From contig MU058000.1 of the NCBI GenBank assembly GCA_013265495.1, positions 2,968,727-2,988,726 of the forward strand: 20,000 nt of DNA, read 5' to 3'. The DNA is from Vicugna vicugna. Taxonomy: Eukaryota. Positions 9,900-17,932 of the stretch are shown in pieces. Within the stretch, counting starts at the first letter, position 1, and each line of letters starts with the position of its first letter. The notes beneath the pieces were generated by a model. That model had not been told where the DNA came from and searched no databases. It saw nothing but the letters and a program-made list of their open reading frames with translations. Both the position numbers and the translations under genes were made by a program.

Positions 9900-10650
9900 A
9901 TTCACTTCGCATTCATTAAAAAAATATTCATTAAGTACTGACTATGTTTGGGGCATTATTCTGAGCAACTGAGATACAAGAGTCAGTGTCATTTCTGAAA
10001 GGGACCTGACATTCCGGCCGGGGTCGGGGTGGGGGTGTGTTCTGTGTGGGTGGGACAAAAACAAGCATGAAAATAGTCACGGCACCTACAATGTTCATGT
10101 AAGAGCGGAGAAACACCGGACAAAAGTAATTCAGGTAATGGAGACAGAAAAAGAGGGAAGGACGTTGTTTTAGATTGTGTGACTAAGGAGTCTTTTACAA
10201 AGACTGGGGACATTAGAGCTATGACCCCAGGGACAGAAGGGATCCAGCCATGTGAAGAGTCTTTCAGCAAACAGCAGGCTCACTATCCCAAAACTGGAAA
10301 TACCTGGGGACATTTGACGAACAGAAAGAAGGCCAGTGGGACTGACAGAGTGGAAGTGTGATGGAAGATGATCCCAGAAAGAGAAGCAGGTCTCACTTTA
10401 AGAACTCACAGGCTATTTGTATCTGATTCTAAATGAGAAGCTATTGGATGATATTAAACAGGGAAGCTGCATGTTCTGACTGATGATTAACAATTTTATT
10501 GGCTGTTGTTTGAAGAATGAATTGTAAGGAAGCAAGAGAGAAAGAAAGCAGAACACAGATGAAGCTCTTACTAGAGTCTAGGCAACAAGTACACACGCCT
10601 TGAACGTAAAGTGGGAGTAGTGGACATAGAATGAAGTTACTAGGGTTGAG
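9900..10650 (-). mobile_element. L2 LINE 3' portion
   Basis: It starts 'cattcattaaaaaaatattcattaagtactgactatg' (antisense L2 3' end). Purine-rich L2 hallmarks follow: 'ccagccatgtgaaga', 'gaacagaaagaaggccagtggg' and 'gagaagctattgga'. Confidence 0.8.
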
Positions 10651-10680
10651 CTTTTCACTGCATGCAAACCTTTTCCGCTG

Positions 10681-11008
10681 TGATGTTCTGGTAACGAGTT
10701 CTCTAAATAAACAAATTTCTCCAAAAAAGAAGGGTTTATTCGGGATCAGTGGAGAACGGCAGTTTAGGCTTTGCAACCGAGGCAAACCACATGCAATCCC
10801 GCAACGGCAAAGGAAGGAGAAAGCTTTTACAGAGAAGAAAAGGAAGTTGGGAGGGCTGGAGAGAGCAAAGAATTCATGGCTTTTCATTGGCAAAGTCCTT
10901 GCCCGGAAGGAAGAGGAGTCTTGTTCCTGACGGGTTCAGCCATTGTTGCAGAGCATGAGAGCGCCCTCTTCTGGCCTCCCAATTCTATTTGACGTTTCCG
11001 TTGTTTCA
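10681..11008 (-). mobile_element. ERV1-class solo LTR (~330 bp, MER93/MER57-related), probable TSD GC(T/A)G
   Basis: TG...CA termini are flanked by GCTG and GCAG. The minus strand has AATTGGGAGGCCAG near its 5' end, CCAAT (10890-10886), TATA-like TGTAAAAG (10831-10824) and the polyA signal in CCCGAATAAA (AATAAA at 10740-10735). It has 11 CpGs. Confidence 0.75.
10959..10976 (-). promoter_or_regulatory. Near-consensus CTCF motif within the LTR
   Basis: Minus-strand GGCCAGAAGAGGGCGCTC versus core CCRSYAGRKGGCR shows one mismatch, and its CpG is intact. Confidence 0.55.
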
Positions 11009-12139
11009 GCAGCTAATGTCACCTTCAAAAGGACAATTTATTAAAGAAACTACTATCATTAGCTTTATATTTCATTTTTACATAGGTGCGTTTTTCCAAA
11101 TTTCCAAATTATGCCTATATGTAGTGCTATGATAGTCACTTTTTAAGACCTATATAATAATATTCAATATTGTGATGGAGTCCCTTTCTGCATAAATTTC
11201 ATCTGAGTATCTTCCTTTGAGGCAGCCTTTCTCAATCTCCCACCAAGTACCATGAAGACACAAAAAAGGGCAATTTAAAGAAATATCATAAACTAGAACT
11301 ATCAGTCAACTTATTATTAGAATCTGGAAAGAATTTCTATAAGCTACAAAGTTATAAACTAGACTTGAAAAAAAAATCAAAGAACAGATAATGTCCGTGT
11401 AGAAAAATTTATTGTGTCCAGAGGGAGTACAATTTACCCACCTGAAATGTAATGGAAAAGCATGTTTTTCCTCCTTCTCTCATCATTGCCTCATCAGTTC
11501 ATTCAAAACTGTGTATTAAGTACCAACGAGATTCTAAGATCTGTAATTTGAAATTTCAAAATTTATATTAACCAGAATATTGAATAACCATTCCTGTAAT
11601 AAGCAATTTCTGAACTTTGAAACCTCACAGTACCATTACTTACCCTCTATAAATAATTGCCTTGATCTATGCAATCAGAGGCTGAGTTTTTGATAAAACA
11701 AATAGGTAGAATTATAGAAGCTTGATAAAAATGATTGTCTATGTTTATTATAATTATGGACGATAGTTATTTTGTCTGTAAGAAGTAATTCATACCCTTT
11801 CATAGATCTGGAAGATAGAAATAGTTAATCAAAAATATCATTGTATAAGATTTAGCTCAAATCAATGTAAAAATGTTCACCAAAATTTGGGGGAAATGTG
11901 AGTTATATTTATGACTTCTTGATGCCATATCATGACTGTCAATGCAACTTTTAACCTGGTTACTAGAAAGAAACTTTATATACTGCTGGACTCTGATGCT
12001 TCCTATCTGCATTCTTCTTTGCCAGAGAAGCCAAGTTGTGCTACCATCATGAGCTACCTGTAGTCATTTTCAAAATAATCCTCGGGACACACCCTATAAA
12101 AATTTCTTTCTCTCATATGTTCTTCAGATTGTAGGTTCA

Positions 12140-12612
12140 AGTTTTGTGGAGATACATAGTAAATTCAATTTTATATACGTTGATTTCTAGGTGCCATTGA
12201 GACACCGACCTGAAATTGTCTAGTAGTCCATTACATATATGTCTGATGCTCGGAGGAGATATTTGAACTAGAGATAAACTTTTGTTAATCTTCTGAGTAT
12301 AGAAGGATTTGTGTAGAGCGAATGTAGAGTGAAAGGAGAGGAGATTTGGGGACTGTTCTTGAAGGAGTTCGAATATTTAGAAATGTGGTAGAGGAGATGG
12401 AACTCACAAAGGACACTGAGATAGCGGCACCAGAGGGGGCAGATGAACCTCTAGAGGGAGAGCGTGATGTCCTGGTAATAAAAGGAAGACTGACTTTCAA
12501 AGAGCAGGAGTGACTGAACAGTTACAGTTGCTCAGAGTTCCAGTAAATAAACAGTAAAATCAACAGCAACAACAGAAAAGGCATTTCATTTGGAAATATG
12601 GAGGTTTCTCAA
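12140..12612 (-). mobile_element. L2 LINE ORF2 fragment
   Basis: 'aggtgccattgagacacc..gtctagtag..gtctgatgctcggaggaga..aactagagata..caaaggacactgaga..catttggaaatatggaggt' follows the antisense L2 consensus. Confidence 0.75.
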
Positions 12613-13231
12613 TAGGTAAATCCTCATTATTTATGAACTGCCTACTAACGAGTTTACCTATTCACTAAAGTCTATTTGTAACTCTCCAAATATTCACACT
12701 GTTTTCACCATCATTTGTGGATGTACACAGAGGGGCAAAACATTCGATAATCCTGCCGTGAGTGTTCCCACGTGAGTGTCTTTCAGTTCTCATGTCGTAA
12801 CTGTGTCCGTTTCATGGTCTATTTTGTCCACATGAGTTTTTCTCAGTTATGTGTTTTTTTGCAGGTGACTTCACTGAGAAGGTATCCTCCAAGCATAGCC
12901 CTGTTGTGCTGTCTCCTATTATTGCTCTCAAGAAGGCTGTGATGTGGCTTATGAAGAGAATACATGTGTTAGGTATATTTCATTCAGGAATGACTTACAG
13001 TGCTGTTGGCTCTGAGTTCAATGCAAAAGACTCAACAGTGTTACTAAACAAAGTGTCTTTAAACAGAAACATACAGGTTATATATTGATCCATTGATGAA
13101 AATACTGTGACCAAAGGCTCACAGGAACCTAATCCAGGATTTCCCCTAGGAGCAAGTGATTCAGTTTCACAAGGTCAGATTTCATGGTGACACCATAAAA
13201 CATAACTACCAAGAATAATGAGAATCACCTG
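12613..13231 (+). mobile_element. MER82 non-autonomous TcMar-Tigger DNA transposon, near full length
   Basis: The terminal inverted repeats are (t)aggtaaatcctcattatt and gaataatgagaatcacctg, the latter followed by TA. Internal hallmarks include 'aagaaggctgtgatgtg', 'tacagtgctgttggc', 'gtgtctttaaacagaaaca', 'ggctcacaggaacctaa' and 'tttcccctaggagcaa'. It encodes a remnant of the transposase N-terminal helix-turn-helix (KKAVM..SGMTYSAVGSEFN). Confidence 0.9.
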
Positions 13232-13340
13232 TATATAGTAAATGAATGAATACAATATTTATCAGACATGTGTACTCTAGTGACAGAGAGCTCACTGTTG
13301 CCATAAGGAGCCTAATCTAATTTTAGATTTAATATTAACA

Positions 13341-14099
13341 TTTTTTCCATCAAAGTAGAGTTGATTTACAACATCATATTAGTTTCAGGTGTACAACATA
13401 GGGACTCAACATTTTTATAGGTTATATTCCATTAAAAATCACCACAGAATAATGACTACATTTCCCTGTGCTATACAATACATCCCTATAACTTATCCAT
13501 TTTATATGTAATCATCTATACCTCTCAGTCCCATACTCCCCTACTGCCTCCACCTCCTTCTCCCCATTGGTCACTACCAGTCTGTTTTCTATACCCGTGT
13601 GTATGTTTGTTTTACTGCATTCATCCATTTGTTTTATTTTTTAGATTCCGCAAATAAGTGACAACATACAGTATTTGTCTTTCTCTGTCTGATTTAATTC
13701 ACTAAGCATAATACCCTCTAGTTCCACCCATATTGTTGCAAATGGCAGAATTTCGTTCTCTTTAGGGCTGAGTAGTATTCCATTCCATTGTTGAGGAGCA
13801 CTTAGGTTGCTTCCGTATCTCAGCTAGGGTACATATGGCTGCTATGAGTAGGGATGCATGTATCTTTTCGAATTACTGTTTTCCTTTTCTTCAGATACAT
13901 TCCCAGAAGCGGGATTCTTAGATCATACAGTAATTCTATTTTTAGTTTGCTGAGGAACCTTCATACTGTTTTCCATTGTGGCTGCACCAGTTTACATTCT
14001 CACCAAAAGTATAGTAGGATTTTCTTTTCTCCACATCCTTGCCAACATTTGGTTTTTTGTAGACTTTTTGATGAAAGCTATTCTGTCAGGTGTAAGGTG
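13341..14099 (-). mobile_element. 5'-truncated L1 (3' UTR plus ORF2 C-terminus; L1MA9/artiodactyl-type)
   Basis: Clear antisense L1 3' end: 'gttgatttacaac..ttagtttcaggtgtacaacatag', 'ttccctgtgctatacaata', 'ttttttagattcc..aataagtga', 'tattgttgcaaatggcagaattt', 'gaggaaccttcatactgttttcca' and 'attctgtcaggtgtaaggtg'. Confidence 0.92.
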
Positions 14100-14864
14100 T
14101 TTAAGATGTTCTTAATATGCACTGAAATCCCCCCCACTATTTCTTCTATTAATTACGAGTTTCATTTACTTCCTATATTTTAGTAGAACTTCATTCATTT
14201 CCTTTATTTTAGTATAAACTTTTTATAACAATTTTATTTTCAGCGGAGAGTTGGAAAGTATTTCTCTTTCAATATTTTGTTTTTATTTGTATTGCCAAAA
14301 AGTACCAGGCCACTATAATTGTCTTGTATTTCTGTATTCTGTTATATAGTCTTTTAGTCCAGATAAAATTATTTGTATATCTACACTTTAAAATTTCTTT
14401 TGAAAAGTGCCAAATTTACCATTTGTTATTCTTTTTTACCTCCTCGTCCTTAGATTGCTTTCTTTAAAATATACCGAAACAGTTATGCTGTCTCATCCCT
14501 ACTGCTCTTTTTCGTTGTATTCTTCAACAAAATCTAATTGGAGGCCTGTTTGAGGGACCCACAGCTTGATTCTTCAATCTTTCATTAGTTAGTCTTTCTC
14601 CCACTTAAAACTTGTCAAATTTACATTTACTGCTTAAGTAACTATGCCACTAATCCGTGGTAAGTAATCGTAGACTGCTAAGGTTTTGTTTTCAAATCTC
14701 TGTTTCCAAATAAAAGCCTGAAAGACCAATATGTAAAATAGATCCTAATGGAGTGTTTTGGGTGGCACAGTGGTTGGGGTGCTTGGGGGACATATCTCAG
14801 GGGATATGCTGAGGATTTAGTTCAATATACTTTGGATTCCATAGTCTGAAACACATGAGGACAC

Positions 14865-14950
14865 TACAATGAAAAGCCTTCTGGAGTCACTGGTTTCTAG
14901 TCTACTCTCTGCTACTTACCCTAGTGTGAAATAGCTAAGTCATTTTTGTC
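14865..14950 (+). mobile_element. MIR 5' fragment
   Basis: 'ctggagtcactggtttctagtc..tctctgctacttac..gtgtga..aagtcattt' resembles the MIR head. Confidence 0.5.
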
Positions 14951-15598
14951 AATGGGTACAGAATTGCTAATCAGAAATTGGAAGACTTGGTGAATCAGAA
15001 TAGGAATTCTGATATCCAAAAATATGACACCTGTGACAGAAATTTTACTATGATAATAGGAGATATTCTTCAGACATTGCTAGGTAGTACAGACATAATC
15101 TGGAAGTCTTTGTTTTCCAAATCTTCCGTCTAATAAAAACTATCATGTAACTACATATTTCAGAGATGTTAATAAAAAATAAATATATAGTGTCTTAGTT
15201 GAGTTTTGTTTTGTTTTGTTTCCACTTTTCGGGCTCTGTCTGCCTGCTTGAATTTTTAGGCTATTCTGATGGCTGATTCATTCAAGGAATACTTGGATCT
15301 AATCTATCATATAGTAGTTAACCAGATTTGAAGGTAGAGCTCTTTGGAAGAAATTTTGTATAGTCGAAAAAGTAGTAACACTCTGATAAAAAGCCAAGAC
15401 TGTTTTCTAGAGAATACATATTTAACAGTGATCACTTAATAGACTCTTAGTTGCAAATATTGTAAATAATCAGGTGAGTGCCGGTAGCCAAGCTGGGTGC
15501 TGAGGGAACGGGATAAAGCAGTTTATTTCATAATCCATGGCTAAAAGATCAAAGCATCAGGCCACTAATACTTATGGATGCTATACCCTTTTACTTAC

Positions 15599-15743
15599 TA
15601 TGTTTTCTCATCCAAATGTAGTAGAAGGAAACATTTTGTATATTTCCAGTGTCTTTCAAAATTCCCGTTGGAGAGTTGTTTCTGCCGTTACACCGCTCGG
15701 CTCCGTGAATCTTCTTTTTCCTTTGGTCACCGACTCTAATCAC
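15599..15743 (-). other. Candidate exon (145 nt), CpG-rich
   Basis: The minus-strand acceptor is aaatag|GTG (an alternative ggag lies 10 nt upstream) and the donor is ATA|GTAAGT (15598-15593). It is open in phase 0 as VIRVGDQRKKKIHGAERCNGRNNSPTGILKDTGNIQNVSFYYIWMRKH. There are 6 CpGs in ~70 bp. Confidence 0.3.
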
Positions 15744-17331
15744 CTATTTATGTCTCCATACAAAATATTAAAAAAAAAACTATTTTTTTGAAAGTAGAAT
15801 TTGATAGTATTTACTATAAAGAAAAAGCAAGTAGATATGAAATGTATATTTTTTTAATTTTTCAAACAGTTAAGAGTAATTTTTCCCCTTTTAAATCATT
15901 GTTTTTGTATCCATTTCCTGCAAGCATGAGCTCAGGAAGTGATAAAGTTGACACAGTTGCTGAAAGATTTTTCAGCGGTTCATGCCAAGTTGTTTCCTGG
16001 TGCCAAACACAATGGATCAGGAAATATGGCACGTGACCAGAAAAATCATATTGTTTTAAATAAGTTTTCCCTCTCACCATGGCTCTAAGCAAAAATTTCC
16101 CAGAATATTTAAATATTTCCTCACTGTGATGGATGAGCCTGCAAATGTTCACATATTTATCTTCATGCATAGTTTTCTTATGAGCTTAACACTTAGAAGC
16201 CCCAAATTTTAAAACAGTCCAAAAAATTCATGATAACTCTTTTCAGAAAAGATTAAATGAGACATATCTTTTGAAGAAAAGATTTAGTCCAAAAAAAAAA
16301 AAACGCAAAAGTGCCTCAGTAAAACTTTCATGAATTTAATTTCATTTAAAGTAATATTCGATCCACTTATTAATGCTGTATTACAATTAATAAAGCACAT
16401 TACATACAATGTTACATACAATAATTCGTGTTGTACAAAGTGATAAACCACACATTTTCACTATAAAGTCTTACAGATCTAATGCATCTTCTGGACTTTA
16501 CTTCTAAGAAATACTTTGTAGAATGCTAAATTATTGGTCTTTTTTATAGGGACAATCAGTTTCAAACTTCAAATTTTCTTCCCAGTTTTATCCCCAAATG
16601 TTTTTTAATTTATAAGAAGGGTTTTCTTCCTTTCCCCAAATCCCAAACTTCTGTGGCTTTTTGGCTGTTCTTTTGCAGTTTGCATCAATTTGTCTTTGAC
16701 AGTCATTCATACTTTTTCTCAAAGATTGGAATTAAGTTTTTTTTTAATGGGAATACTGTAATCAACTAAGTCAGCAGCCAAATATAGTCTTTAAAAATAC
16801 TATTCAAGTTCCATAAAAGTTTTCTCAGTGCCAAGACCACATCATCATTTAATGTGTGAGTTGCTTAAATTAATATTTTAAAAATGAAGCCTGTTGAGTT
16901 AAATTATTCTACTCTATTCTCAACTGCCAGATCATAAGCTGGAGTTTGGATGCTTTTGGTCTTTCCTGGAAGAGACATACTACATGGAATATTGTCTTTA
17001 AGCCAGTGTGTTTACTGGACAACTAACCTACAAATATTTAGGACTATTAACTTCTCAAATCCTGGGTACAGGCAGAAAAGAAAAGAAAACAAACAAAAGG
17101 ACCCCAGCATGTTAATGGGTTGGCCATAGTTCTGTTGGTAAAGTTCATGAAGTCCAATAACATTTTAATACTTATTTTTTAAGTAATGGATTGAAAATGA
17201 ATAAGTAATTAAGGAAACAAATTGAAAACCTTCTTTAAAAATGAAAATTTGTAATTCAATCATTAAGGACAGTCAAATGCGCTTACACGTATTCAAGAAG
17301 TTAAAATAATAATTAGTTCACTTGTGTCCTT

Positions 17332-17396
17332 ATTATTATTGTTATTATTTTTTAGATTCCTCATATAAATGATGTCATATGGCATTTTTCTTTCTC
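17332..17396 (-). mobile_element. Micro L1 insertion (~65 bp of L1 3' UTR) with TSD
   Basis: 'tttttagattcctcatataaatgatgtcatatggcatttttctttctc' is L1 3' UTR and parallels 13637-13686 of this window. The flanks are TCACTTG-TGTCCTT (17318-17331) and TCATTTGATGTCCTT (17397-17411). Confidence 0.7.
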
Positions 17397-17850
17397 TCAT
17401 TTGATGTCCTTTATGATTGGATTGCCGCATTCTGTTGATTCTTGGCTTTATTCTTTTGATAACTATTTAAGTTTAAAAAGCTAGAGATCTAATCTGTTCT
17501 TAGAAACAATAATTAGGACATATATGTAAACTAAAAAAATGTGCAGCATACTGTATATACGTATTTACATGCAACATAATGTGTATGTGCAGTTGAACTG
17601 CGATAATTCTACATAATAAAAGGGAAAAAATGAGAATTTGTTTGAGGAGAAGATGATGTACCATAATGATGGATGTGTTACATAACAGAGTTGACTTAGC
17701 AGAAAATTTTCATCTACTTTCAACTCTAAATTGACTCTAGAATATCCTTCATAGTAAAACTACTGTAGTCCAACAGAAAGAAACAGTGAAGCAGATGACT
17801 GACCAACAAAGGGAATGAAAGGAGGAAAATCAGAGAAGAAATACAAAAAA

Positions 17851-17932
17851 TGAGAGGGAGAGAAATAGAGAAGGAAGGAGACAGACAGACAGACACACAC
17901 ACACACACAGAGACACACACAGACACACACAC
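17851..17932 (+). repeat. GA-rich tract plus compound (GACA)n/(CA)n microsatellite
   Basis: Read directly: gagagggagagaaatagagaaggaaggagacagacagacagacacacacacacacacagagacacacacagacacacacac. Confidence 0.9.

Noticed and set aside
9931..10361. Three short ORFs
   Set aside because: All lie within the decayed L2.
10441..10992. Overlapping ORFs of 150, 99, 69 and 73 aa
   Set aside because: They lie across the L2/LTR junction or within the LTR. Open frames reflect the higher GC content, and I see no protein similarity.
12424..12443. CTCF-like GCACCAGAGGGGGCAG
   Set aside because: It cannot be aligned to the core without mismatches at key positions, and it lies in L2.
12285..12500. Ser-rich 71-aa ORF
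   Set aside because: It lies within the L2 fragment and is a compositional artefact.
13854..14183. 109-aa ORF ([27 protein letters not shown]...)
   Set aside because: Typical antisense translation of the L1 ORF2 3' end.
17726..17932. Hydrophobic 68-aa ORF (MCVSVCVSV...)
   Set aside because: Translation of a microsatellite and GA-rich tract.
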